Positions 38,184 through 46,991 of a DNA stretch of 64,000 nucleotides are shown piece after piece. The notes under the pieces are model-generated. The model had not been told where the DNA came from, did no database searches, and saw only the letters and a program-made list of their open reading frames with translations. Position numbers and translations under genes: made by a program. Positions within the stretch are counted from its first letter, which is position 1; the number at the start of each line of letters is the position of its first letter. The stretch comes from Alphaproteobacteria bacterium (GTDB lineage Bacteria; Pseudomonadota; Alphaproteobacteria; UBA8366): assembly GCA_021774335.1 (NCBI GenBank), contig JAJFJD010000046.1, forward strand, positions 342,109-406,108, in the 5' to 3' direction.

Positions 38184-38198
38184 GTTCCCTTTCCGTTC
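38184..38198. promoter_or_regulatory. GTTC-N7-GTTC motif (alphaproteobacterial LexA/SOS-box pattern)
   Basis: The sequence is GTTCcctttccGTTC. On the minus strand it reads GAACggaaaggGAACaaATG and ends 2 nt before the exonuclease start codon. It lies in the divergent region shared with the helicase operon. Confidence 0.45.
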
Positions 38199-38322
38199 CT
38201 ATCGACTCCTTATATGCTTGACCCGCTCGCCGGTGGCAAGAGCGCTCACCGATAGCAAGACAGCCGAACCAGCAAAGCGCGCATCAAGCGGCAAAGACAA
38301 CAGGGACCTTACGAGAAAACGC

Positions 38323-40821
38323 ATGCGCGCGAACGCCCCGCTCAAAAAAACCACCCGCGACAAAGGCGGACAAGACAGCCGCGGCGACCAACTCGCCATC
38401 GACCTGCCCGGCACTCTACCGGACCGCTTCACCGAGTGGTTCGCGTCGCGCGGCTGGCGGCCGCATGCACATCAGTTGGCCCTGCTCGACGCCGCGTCGC
38501 GCGGCAAGACCACGCTGCTGATTGCGCCGACCGGCGGCGGCAAGACGCTGGCCGGCTTCCTGCCCTCGCTGGTCGAGATCGCCGAGGGCGGCGCGCGCGA
38601 TTTGCACACGCTTTATATCTCGCCGCTGAAGGCGCTGGCGGTCGACGTGCACCGCAATCTGCAGATGCCGATCGAGGAGATGGGCCTGCCAGTCACCGCC
38701 GAGCCCCGCACCGGCGACACCTCGCAGCATCGCCGTAAACGCCAGCGCGAGACGCCGCCGAACATTCTGCTGACCACGCCCGAATCGCTGACCCTGTTGT
38801 TGAGCTATGCCGATGCGCCACGGATGTTCCGCAACCTGCGCTGCGTCATCCTCGACGAGGTGCATGCGCTGGCTGGCAACAAGCGCGGCGATCAACTGGC
38901 ACTCTGCCTCACCCGATTGCAGGCGCTGGCACCCGACTGCCGCCGCGTCGGCCTGTCGGCCACTGTGGCCTGGCCGGAGGCGCTCTGCCGCTGGGTCGCA
39001 CCCGACGCGCAAGCCGACAGCGTGCACCTGATCGAGGGTGGCGGTGCGGTCGATTCCGAAGTGCGCATGCTGGTCACGCGCGAGGAAATGCCGTGGTCCG
39101 GCCATATGGCGGTGCATGCCCTGCCCGAGGTCTACGAGGAAATCCGCAAGGCGGGCACAACGCTGGTCTTCGTCAACACGCGGGCGCAGGCGGAGATCGT
39201 GTTCCAGGAACTGTGGCGCGTGAACGACGACAATCTACCGATCGCCTTGCACCACGGCAGTCTGGCGCGCGAGCAGCGCCAGAAGGTCGAGGCGGCGATG
39301 GCCGAGGGATCGCTGCGCGCGGTCGTCGCCACCTCGTCACTCGATCTCGGCATCGACTGGGCCGCCATCGATCTGGTGGTGCAGGTCGGCGCGCCCAAGG
39401 GTGTCAGCCGGCTGATCCAACGAATCGGCCGCGCCGGACACCGGCTGGACACGCCGAGCCGCGCCGTGCTGGTCCCCGCCAACCGGTTCGAGGTGCTGGA
39501 ATGCCGCGCCGCGATGGATGCGATCCGCGAGTCGACGCTCGACGGCGACCCGCCGCAGCCGGGCGGGCTCGACGTGCTGGCGCAGCATGTCATGGCGATG
39601 GCCTGTTCCGCGCCCTTCCATCCCGACGCCCTGTATGCGGAGATCACGCGCGCGGCCCCCTATGCCGAGATCACGCGGGCCGAGTTCGACGATGTCGTCG
39701 CCTTCGTCGATCACGGCGGCTACGCGCTGCGCAGCTACGAGCGCTGGCGGCGGCTCGAATCCCTGCCCGACGGAACCTACCGCGCGGCCTCCCCCGCGAT
39801 GGTGCGGCGGTTGCGGATGAATCTCGGCACCATCGTCGAGGCGAACACGCTGAAGGTGCGGATCAAGCGCGGCCCCTTCCTCGGCGAGGTCGAGGAGTAT
39901 TTCGCGCTTGGCCTGGAGATCGGCGACACTTTCATCTTCTCGGGCCAGATGCTGCGCTTCGAAGGTATCCGCGAGATGACCGTCGAGGCCAGCCGCGCGC
40001 CCGGCGACGCGCCGAAGGTGCCCGCCTATGTCGGCGGCCGCCTGCCGCTGACCACGCATCTGGCGGACCGGGTGCGCGCGATCCTGGCGCGGCCCGCGAC
40101 CTGGGGCTCGCTGCCGGATCAGGTGCGCGACTGGCTGAACATCCAGCTCTGGGCCTCGTCGCTGCCCGAACCCGACGCGCTGCTGGTCGAGAGTTTCCCG
40201 CGCGGCGACAAGCATTTCACCGTCGCCTACTGCTTCGAAGGCCGGAATGCGCATCAGACGCTCGGCATGCTGCTGACCCGGCGGATGGAGCGCGCGGGCC
40301 TCGCCCCGCTCGGCTTCGTCGCCACCGACTACGTGATCGCGGTGTGGAGCCTGAACCCGGTCGGCAACGTGGCCGAGCTGTTCGACGAGGACATGCTGGG
40401 CGACGACCTGGAAGCCTGGATGGACGAATCGTCGATGCTGAAGCGCACCTTCCGCAACGTGGCGGTGATCGCCGGGCTGATCGAGCGGCAGTATCCCGGC
40501 CAGCAGAAGACCGGACGGCAGGTCACCTTCAACTCGGACCTGATCTACGACACGCTGCGCCGCCACGAGCCCGACCACATCCTGTTGCAGGCGACCCGCC
40601 GGGACGCCGCGCGCGGGCTGACCGACGTCAGCCGGCTCGCCGGGATGCTGAAGCGCGCCAAGGGCAACATCCTGCACCAGCGGCTCGACCGGGTATCGCC
40701 GCTGGCGGTGCCGATCCTGCTGGAGATCGGCAAGGAGCGCGTCGAAGGATCGGCGATCGATCTGATGCTCGACGAAGCGGCGCAGGACCTGATCGCCGAA
40801 GCGACAAAGGGCGCGCCATGA
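38323..40821 (+). CDS. Ligase-associated DNA damage response DEXH-box helicase (Lhr-core-like)
   Basis: The ATG at 38323 is the first start clear of the opposite-strand exonuclease gene. It has Walker A APTGGGKTLAG, the DEVH box ILDEVHAL, and the QRIGRAGH motif VI. Confidence 0.9.
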   Translation: MRANAPLKKTTRDKGGQDSRGDQLAIDLPGTLPDRFTEWFASRGWRPHAHQLALLDAASRGKTTLLIAPTGGGKTLAGFLPSLVEIAEGGARDLHTLYISPLKALAVDVHRNLQMPIEEMGLPVTAEPRTGDTSQHRRKRQRETPPNILLTTPESLTLLLSYADAPRMFRNLRCVILDEVHALAGNKRGDQLALCLTRLQALAPDCRRVGLSATVAWPEALCRWVAPDAQADSVHLIEGGGAVDSEVRMLVTREEMPWSGHMAVHALPEVYEEIRKAGTTLVFVNTRAQAEIVFQELWRVNDDNLPIALHHGSLAREQRQKVEAAMAEGSLRAVVATSSLDLGIDWAAIDLVVQVGAPKGVSRLIQRIGRAGHRLDTPSRAVLVPANRFEVLECRAAMDAIRESTLDGDPPQPGGLDVLAQHVMAMACSAPFHPDALYAEITRAAPYAEITRAEFDDVVAFVDHGGYALRSYERWRRLESLPDGTYRAASPAMVRRLRMNLGTIVEANTLKVRIKRGPFLGEVEEYFALGLEIGDTFIFSGQMLRFEGIREMTVEASRAPGDAPKVPAYVGGRLPLTTHLADRVRAILARPATWGSLPDQVRDWLNIQLWASSLPEPDALLVESFPRGDKHFTVAYCFEGRNAHQTLGMLLTRRMERAGLAPLGFVATDYVIAVWSLNPVGNVAELFDEDMLGDDLEAWMDESSMLKRTFRNVAVIAGLIERQYPGQQKTGRQVTFNSDLIYDTLRRHEPDHILLQATRRDAARGLTDVSRLAGMLKRAKGNILHQRLDRVSPLAVPILLEIGKERVEGSAIDLMLDEAAQDLIAEATKGAP

Positions 40822-40834
40822 GGGAGCCGACACG

Positions 40835-41560
40835 ATGATGCCGGGCACCGCGCTGCCTTTCGACTTCAACCGTGAATCGCTGATGGCCGACGCGAGCGGC
40901 GCGCTCTATTGGCCGGACCAGAAGACGCTGGTGGTCGCCGACCTGCATCTGGAGAAAGGCTCGTCCTATGCGAAGAAGGGATCGCATCTGCCGCCCTACG
41001 ACAGCCGGGAAACGCTGCGCCGCCTCGCGCTGGCGATCGATGCCTATGGGCCGACGCGGGTGATCTGCCTCGGCGACAGCTTCCACGACGACGACGCGGC
41101 GGGCCGGCTGCCCGACGACGACCGCGCCGCCCTGCAGGCGATGACCAACGCGATGGACTGGATCTGGATCGCCGGCAACCACGACCCGGCCCCGCCCGCC
41201 GGCATCGACGGGCTGACCACCGCGGAGTTTCGTGCGGGCGAACTGATCTTCCGGCACGAGGCCCGTAAAGGTACGTCGCCCGGCGAAGTCTCCGGCCATT
41301 ACCATCCGAAAGCGGGGGTCAGCGCACGCGGCCGCCGCGTCACCGGGCGCTGCTTCGTCGCCGACGGAAAACGGCTGATTCTGCCGGCCTTCGGCGCCTA
41401 TACCGGCGGCCTGGACGTGCACGACCCGGCGATCGAATCGCTGCTGCAGGATAAATACACGGTGCTGATCTGCGGCCGCGCCCGCGTTCACCGCATCCCC
41501 CGCGAAGTGGTGCGGCGGCGGACGGAGACGGAAGAGGCGCGGCAACCGCGGCTGATTTGA
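40835..41560 (+). CDS. pdeM: Ligase-associated DNA damage response metallophosphoesterase
   Basis: It has the calcineurin-like motifs VADLHLEKG, GDSFHD and GNHD. Confidence 0.85.
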   Translation: MMPGTALPFDFNRESLMADASGALYWPDQKTLVVADLHLEKGSSYAKKGSHLPPYDSRETLRRLALAIDAYGPTRVICLGDSFHDDDAAGRLPDDDRAALQAMTNAMDWIWIAGNHDPAPPAGIDGLTTAEFRAGELIFRHEARKGTSPGEVSGHYHPKAGVSARGRRVTGRCFVADGKRLILPAFGAYTGGLDVHDPAIESLLQDKYTVLICGRARVHRIPREVVRRRTETEEARQPRLI

Positions 41561-41564
41561 GCGG

Positions 41565-42005
41565 ATGTACCGTGCGCCGCCGGGAACGAAATCCGACCCC
41601 GAGAAGCGCTGGGCGCTGACCGAGCGGGTCTTCTTCGCCTGCGGCGCCTGCCATATCCTGGCCTACGCGTTTCTCGAAACTTATCACGACGCCGGATTCG
41701 GCGCGGTTTGGATCAAGCCCGCGAATGGCTTCACCGGAAACCACATCGTCGCCGTCCGGGACGATCAGGCCTTCGACTATCACGGATATTCGAATTGGCC
41801 TGCGCTCCTCGCGCATACCACCGCAAAGGCCAACCGGTGGTGGCCCGGCTGGACGGCGACCCTTGTCCCGTTGCCAAGCAACGTCCTTATCTCCGAACCG
41901 TTGTCGCGAACTTATGATGGGTTGTGGCTTCGGGAGCCGGGGCAATTCATGCATGACGCATTGCCGCGCGCCCATGCCTTCCTAGCCCGGTTCCCGCCGC
42001 CGTAA
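41565..42005 (+). CDS. Hypothetical protein, unknown family
   Basis: 146-aa GC3-rich ORF starting 4 nt after the pdeM stop. It contains FFACGACHILAY, and no family was recognised. Confidence 0.6.
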   Translation: MYRAPPGTKSDPEKRWALTERVFFACGACHILAYAFLETYHDAGFGAVWIKPANGFTGNHIVAVRDDQAFDYHGYSNWPALLAHTTAKANRWWPGWTATLVPLPSNVLISEPLSRTYDGLWLREPGQFMHDALPRAHAFLARFPPP

Positions 42006-42008
42006 CGC

Positions 42009-42362
42009 CTATTTCGCCGCGGCGGTCACCACGATTTCGACCAGGGTCGTGCCGGCGAGCGGGGCGCCGACGCAGGCGCGCTGCGGCCAGGTGTTCCAGT
42101 CGTCGCCGATCCACTCGTTCCAGACCTCGTCCATGCCTTCCTTCTGCGACATATCGGCGAGGAAGATCTGGGCCGACAACATGCGCGTCTTGTCCGACCC
42201 GGCCTCGTTGAGGCTGTTCTCGATTAATTCAAGCGTGCCGCGGGTCTGCGCCTTGATGTCGGACCCCGCCGCGCCAGCGGTTGCGACGGTGTAGACGATG
42301 CCTCCATGACGAACGGCTTTGTTGCGGCCATTTGCACTGCCTTTCCAACGATCGATGCTCAT
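42009..42362 (-). CDS. RidA/YjgF family protein
   Basis: 117 aa. The C-terminal block PQRACVGAPLAGTTLVEIVVTA and overall length are typical of RidA-like deaminases. Confidence 0.8.
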   Translation of the reverse strand: MSIDRWKGSANGRNKAVRHGGIVYTVATAGAAGSDIKAQTRGTLELIENSLNEAGSDKTRMLSAQIFLADMSQKEGMDEVWNEWIGDDWNTWPQRACVGAPLAGTTLVEIVVTAAAK

Positions 42363-42603
42363 CGCGTTCTCCTGATTTTGAATATGATTGGGTACCGGGG
42401 CGAGCGCCTAGTTGCTCTTGGTCGGGTCACCGCCCGGCGGACTGGATCGCTCATGGTGGTCGACTTCCCCGAACTCGTCACGGACTTTCTGAACGGGGCA
42501 CAGGAACAGATCGCGCCGCATTTCGCGGAATACAACGGAATCCCGAAGGATCTGGATAAGAACTAGGGTTGGGTTTAACGAAGGACGGGAATGAGAGGGG
42601 CGG

Positions 42604-42801
42604 TCAGGAAGCTTCTTCGTCGTTACCCGAGTCGAGCTGCCGGCCGTCGAGGAAAGCGACGGTGGATTGGACCTCGCGGTCGTCGCGCTTGCGCTCCGCC
42701 TTGGTGCGTCCCGTGCGGGTGCGATTCTCGGAGGCGGCCTCTTCCTTGGCCGCGCGCAACTTCTGCTTCCGGTAACTCCGTAAATTTATGACTTCGCCCA
42801 T
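42604..42801 (-). CDS. DUF4169-like small basic protein
   Basis: MGEVINLRSYRKQKLRAAKEEAASENRTRTGRTKAERKRD matches my recollection of the DUF4169 N-terminal pattern (INLR..RKQK...A..N...GRTKAE). Confidence 0.65.
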   Translation of the reverse strand: MGEVINLRSYRKQKLRAAKEEAASENRTRTGRTKAERKRDDREVQSTVAFLDGRQLDSGNDEEAS

Positions 42802-43093
42802 AATCGACTCGCTCTAGCGATGAGGCGCCCCTACTGACAAGCTTAACCGCAATCGCAGGATGACAACAAGGCCAATGCGCCCTTCGTTTGTGACCTACCC
42901 CATTTGCGCTAAACTGAGACGGCAATGAGAATGATTTTTCGGTGGGAGTGACGGCGTGCGTATGTATTTCATCCTAAGCGCGGTCCTGTTCTTGGGGCTG
43001 ACGATTTTCGGGCTGTTGAGCGGCACGTTCTTCTAACGCGGCAGCCAACACCGCAACCCAACAAGCAAGAATACAAAAATAGAGGAGACGTCC

Positions 43094-43876
43094 ATGCGCT
43101 GGGCACGATTCGAACGGAATGGAGAAGCGACATTCGGCATCATCGAAGGCGAGGAGATCGAGGCGGTCGACGGCACGCCCTTCGGCGACCACACCCGGAC
43201 CGGCGAAAAGGTGCCACTGGACGGTACGAAACTGCTGGTCCCGTTCGAGCCGAAGACCTTCTATGCCGCGGGCCTCAATTATGTCGACCACATCATGGAG
43301 CAGGCGGAAATGCATGGCCGCGAGCCGAACATCCCCGAACAACCGGACATCGGCTACCGCGCCAACAACGCCCTGATCGCGCATGACGAGGACATCGTCA
43401 TTCCGAAGGACGCCACCGACAAGGTGCAATACGAGGGCGAACTGGTCGCGATCGTCGGCAAGCAGGCAAAACATCTGACCGAGGAAAACGCGCTGTCCTG
43501 CATCCTTGGCTATACCATCGGCAACGATGTCAGCGAGCGGACCTGGCAAAAGAACGACCGCACCTTCTGGCGCGCCAAGAATGCCGACACGTTCAAGCCG
43601 ATGGGGCCGTGGATCGAGACCGACATCGACCTGGACAGCTTGCAGACAACCGTCCGGGTCAACGGCGAGCAGACCATCCAGTTCGCCACCAACAACATGT
43701 TGTTCAGCCTGCAGCGCTATATCGCCGCGATGACGCAATACCTGACGCTGCATCCCGGCGACATGATTTGGTCCGGCACCGAGGGGTCGTCGCCCGACAT
43801 GAAGGACGGCGACGTCGTGGAGATCGAGATCAACCAGATCGGTCTGCTGCGCAACCGTTTCGTGCGGGAGAAGTAG
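43094..43876 (+). CDS. Fumarylacetoacetate hydrolase (FAH) family protein
   Basis: It has YEGELVAIVGK, GYTIGNDVSER and TFKPMGPW blocks typical of FAH-family hydratases/decarboxylases. Confidence 0.88.
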   Translation: MRWARFERNGEATFGIIEGEEIEAVDGTPFGDHTRTGEKVPLDGTKLLVPFEPKTFYAAGLNYVDHIMEQAEMHGREPNIPEQPDIGYRANNALIAHDEDIVIPKDATDKVQYEGELVAIVGKQAKHLTEENALSCILGYTIGNDVSERTWQKNDRTFWRAKNADTFKPMGPWIETDIDLDSLQTTVRVNGEQTIQFATNNMLFSLQRYIAAMTQYLTLHPGDMIWSGTEGSSPDMKDGDVVEIEINQIGLLRNRFVREK

Positions 43877-43894
43877 CCAACACGGGAGACGCTC

Positions 43895-44269
43895 ATGAGT
43901 GATTTCGACGGCGAGGCTTTCATCGACCGGTTCAACACGGTCTGGGACGACCACGATCTTGACGGCATCACCGACATGTTCACCGACGATGTCGTCTTCG
44001 AGGCGTCCTTCGGCAGCCAGCCTTACGGCGAGCGCGCGACCGGCAAGGAGGACGCGCGCAAGCTCGCCGCCGCGGTCTTCGAGAAAGTGCCGGACCTGCA
44101 TTTCGCGGAAATCCGGCATGTCGTGACGCCGGACTTCGCTGTGGTCGAATCGGTCACCACCGGCACGCCGGTCGGCGGATCACCCTATGAGATACACTTG
44201 GTCGACGTGCTGACGATCCGCGACGGCAAGATCGCCGCGAAACGGTCCTACCGAAAAAGCCGGCTGTAG
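43895..44269 (+). CDS. NTF2-like / SnoaL-like protein
   Basis: 124 aa with the WDDHDLDGITDMFTDDVVFE and IRDGKIAAKRSY pattern. It is a paralogue of the 44980-45360 gene. Confidence 0.75.
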   Translation: MSDFDGEAFIDRFNTVWDDHDLDGITDMFTDDVVFEASFGSQPYGERATGKEDARKLAAAVFEKVPDLHFAEIRHVVTPDFAVVESVTTGTPVGGSPYEIHLVDVLTIRDGKIAAKRSYRKSRL

Positions 44270-44312
44270 CGATGGGTCCGGCTACCGTGACGCGTTGACT
44301 GGGTGATTTGCG

Positions 44313-44960
44313 GTGAAGGTGTTCTTCGACGTGGACGGCGTTCTGATAGACAGCTGGCACGCGGCACCAGACCGACGTAAGCCGTGGGACTCGACTATCG
44401 AGCAGGATTTGGGCGTACATCGCGAGGCCTTTAAGAAATCGTTTTTTAGATCACCCACCGACTCATATGAATCCTTGATGCATGGATGCACGATCGGTGC
44501 GCTTGATCTCAAAGAAGCTTTGGCCTCTATCCTTCCGGCCGCCGGATATGATGGTTCGGTAGACGCGTTCATCGCCTATTGGTTCGAAAAGGATTCGAAC
44601 GTCAACCGCAGCGTCATGGATGTCGTTGATCGCCTCGCCCGGCACCCCGATATCGACCTCTATCTCGCGACGAACCAGGAACATTATCGCGCCAGCTATC
44701 TGTGGGACGAATTGGATCTGCGCCGGCACTTCATCGACATCTTCTACAGCGCAAAGCTCGGGCACTCTAAGGCCACACCGGCATTCTTCGAACAGGTGAA
44801 TGCCGAACTCGGCGTTAGCCCAACCGAAAATCCACTCTTTTTCGACGATAAATCGGAGATGGTTCGCGTGGCGCATAACGCAGGATGGGATGCCTGTGTC
44901 TTCGAGACCGTTCAGGACCTAACCGGGCATCCGCGACTGAAAAACCTCCTACGGCTTTAG
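44313..44960 (+). CDS. HAD-superfamily hydrolase
   Basis: It has a GTG start and the motif I sequence FFDVDGVLIDS. GC content is visibly lower than in flanking genes. Confidence 0.82.
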   Translation: MKVFFDVDGVLIDSWHAAPDRRKPWDSTIEQDLGVHREAFKKSFFRSPTDSYESLMHGCTIGALDLKEALASILPAAGYDGSVDAFIAYWFEKDSNVNRSVMDVVDRLARHPDIDLYLATNQEHYRASYLWDELDLRRHFIDIFYSAKLGHSKATPAFFEQVNAELGVSPTENPLFFDDKSEMVRVAHNAGWDACVFETVQDLTGHPRLKNLLRL

Positions 44961-44979
44961 TGTCTGACAGCGGTTCCGG

Positions 44980-45360
44980 CTAACGCCGGTTCTTTAGATA
45001 GCTGCTCTTTACCAGAATCTTACCGTCACGGAAGGTGAACAGGTCGCAGCCCGCGACCTCCACCGCCGTACCGTCGGTCCGGGTGCCGCGCAGAATCCAT
45101 TCGGAACAGCCGCGGTCGCCGCTGATGAAATGCCGGGCGTCGTCGAAACTCACGTCGGGGATTTCGCCCCAGACCTGCTCGACCCTCGCGCGCACGGCCG
45201 CCGCACCCTCATGCCTGTCGCCCCAAGCCGTCTCACCGCCGCCGGTCTCGAAGATACAGTCGTCGGCCATCGCGGCCATGATCCGGTCCGCGTCGTGGTC
45301 GTTCCAGGCCTCGCCATAGGCTTCGAGGAATTCGACCGTCGGGCTGTTGGAATCGGACAT
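44980..45360 (-). CDS. NTF2-like / SnoaL-like protein
   Basis: 126 aa with the WNDHDADRIMAAMADDCIFE and FRDGKILVKSSY pattern. Confidence 0.75.
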   Translation of the reverse strand: MSDSNSPTVEFLEAYGEAWNDHDADRIMAAMADDCIFETGGGETAWGDRHEGAAAVRARVEQVWGEIPDVSFDDARHFISGDRGCSEWILRGTRTDGTAVEVAGCDLFTFRDGKILVKSSYLKNRR

Positions 45361-45482
45361 GGAAACCTCTTTCGTCGCTTGATGAGCAGCAAGTATAGGG
45401 CAGACTTGCCCGGAAAACCGTTATTGTTCAGTAGGTTTAAACCGCGTTTCCGACTTCCCGCCTCCGCGGGTATGCTAGTCAT

Positions 45483-45992
45483 ATGTCCGACACCCGGCAC
45501 CTGATCGTCCAGCAAATACCGCATCTGCGGCGGTATGCGCGCGCATTGGTTGGCGACAACAATCAAGCGGACGATCTTGTTCAGGATTGTCTGGAGCGTG
45601 CCTGGAGCAGAATGGACCTCTGGGCCAAGGGGACGAACATGCGCGCCTGGTTGTTCACGATCCTTCACAATCTTCATTTGAACACTGCGCGCAAATACCG
45701 AAACACCCCTAAATTGATGCCGTTGGACGGCGGCGCGAACGGTCTGCCTGTCAGGCCCGCGCAGGAAGACCAGTTGGAAATCGGTGCAGTCTGGAAGGCT
45801 TTCTACAAACTGCCGGAGCCGCAACGAGCGGCATTGTTATTGATCGCGCTGGAGGACATGAGTTACGAGGACGCGGCTGCTGTGCTCGATATCCCGATCG
45901 GCACGTTGATGTCGCGAATTCACAGGGCGCGCGAAAAACTGCGCCGTTTGATGGCCGACGCCGAACACGTCGAGTTGGGGAAAGACCAATGA
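45483..45992 (+). CDS. ECF-type RNA polymerase sigma factor
   Basis: Region 2 reads DDLVQDCLERAW...WLFTILHN. Region 4 is the HTH SYEDAAAVLDIPIGTLMSRIHRAREKL. Confidence 0.9.
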   Translation: MSDTRHLIVQQIPHLRRYARALVGDNNQADDLVQDCLERAWSRMDLWAKGTNMRAWLFTILHNLHLNTARKYRNTPKLMPLDGGANGLPVRPAQEDQLEIGAVWKAFYKLPEPQRAALLLIALEDMSYEDAAAVLDIPIGTLMSRIHRAREKLRRLMADAEHVELGKDQ

Positions 45993-46750
45993 CCACCGCA
46001 AAGAAAGTCAGCAAAGCCGAGCTGCACGCCTTTGTGGACGGGCAACTCGACACAGCGCGTCATCGCGAAGTGGCGGAGCATCTCTCGGAAAATCCCGATG
46101 CCGCCGCGCGCGTCGCCGCCTATGAACAGCAGAAGCAGGCATTGCGGACATTATTCAATCCCGTGCTCGACGAGGCGTTGCCGCCAACCCTGATCCCGAA
46201 GCAACGCGCACCCAAACGGGTCCATCTGCTGTGGGCGGCAGCGTCGATTGTCCTGTTTATCTCCGGCGGCCTGGTCGGCTGGCAGGCGCAACAAATCACG
46301 CAAAAAGGTAATACCACCGTTTTCACCGTCGCCCGGGGCGCCGCCGTCGCCCACAAAGTCTTTACCCCGCAACGGCGTCACCCGGTTGAGGTGACCGCCG
46401 ACGAAGAAGCACATCTGGTCCGCTGGCTGTCGAAAGTTCTCAAAGCGCCGTTGCGCGCGCCGCAGCTCGGGGATTTAGGTTTCTCGTTGGTTGGGGGACG
46501 CTTGCTGTCGGCCGAGAAGGGCCCGGCGGCGCAATTCATGTATCAGGACGCAAAACGCCGCCGTATTACGTTGTATGTCATCACTGACGGCGATTGGCAG
46601 ACCCAAGCCGAATTCCAATTCACCCAACAAGGCCCGGTCGGCGTTTTCTATTGGATCAGCGGACGGGTCGGCTACGGATTGACGGCTGAAATGCCCAAGC
46701 CGGAATTGCTCAAAATCGCACGCACGGTGTATGACCAATTGCAGCCGTAA
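45989..46750 (+). CDS. Anti-sigma factor (single-pass membrane protein)
   Basis: It overlaps the sigma gene (ATGA). The N-terminal anti-sigma helix pattern is LHAFVDGQLD...VAEHL. It has one TM segment (LLWAAASIVLFISGGLVGW) and a periplasmic C-terminal domain. Confidence 0.75.
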   Translation: MTTAKKVSKAELHAFVDGQLDTARHREVAEHLSENPDAAARVAAYEQQKQALRTLFNPVLDEALPPTLIPKQRAPKRVHLLWAAASIVLFISGGLVGWQAQQITQKGNTTVFTVARGAAVAHKVFTPQRRHPVEVTADEEAHLVRWLSKVLKAPLRAPQLGDLGFSLVGGRLLSAEKGPAAQFMYQDAKRRRITLYVITDGDWQTQAEFQFTQQGPVGVFYWISGRVGYGLTAEMPKPELLKIARTVYDQLQP

Positions 46751-46991
46751 CCCGGGTCGCTGGCTTCACAAAGTCAGTCGTTCCCGGCCGAAATTGCACA
46801 TTTCCATTCCCAGAACGGAATAATCGGCCGCCCGGCGTGTTTATAGAGGTGCAGGCTTGTCATTTTTCGGCGGCCCGCAGACCTTGGTCGGGCCGTGTGA
46901 ACAGTGGCACAGGCCGCCATCAAAGTCCGCTGCACAGGCGATTTTGCCAAGAACGCAGCGGGCGCTGAATATCTTTGGAGGGAATTAAAAT

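Noticed and set aside
37567-38322. 5' extension of the helicase ORF (the track gives 1084 aa from 37567)
   Set aside because: The extension is antisense to the MBL exonuclease gene and has no helicase homology. The first start codon clear of that gene is ATG 38323.
39093-40869. 581-aa plus-strand alternate-frame ORF and 510-aa minus-strand ORF inside the helicase gene
   Set aside because: Both are Arg/Pro/Gly-rich with no motifs. The frame 38323-40821 carries the complete DEXH helicase motifs.
42974-44119. 381-aa minus-strand ORF
   Set aside because: It is antisense to the FAH-family and NTF2-like genes, both of which have recognisable motifs. The ORF itself has no motifs.
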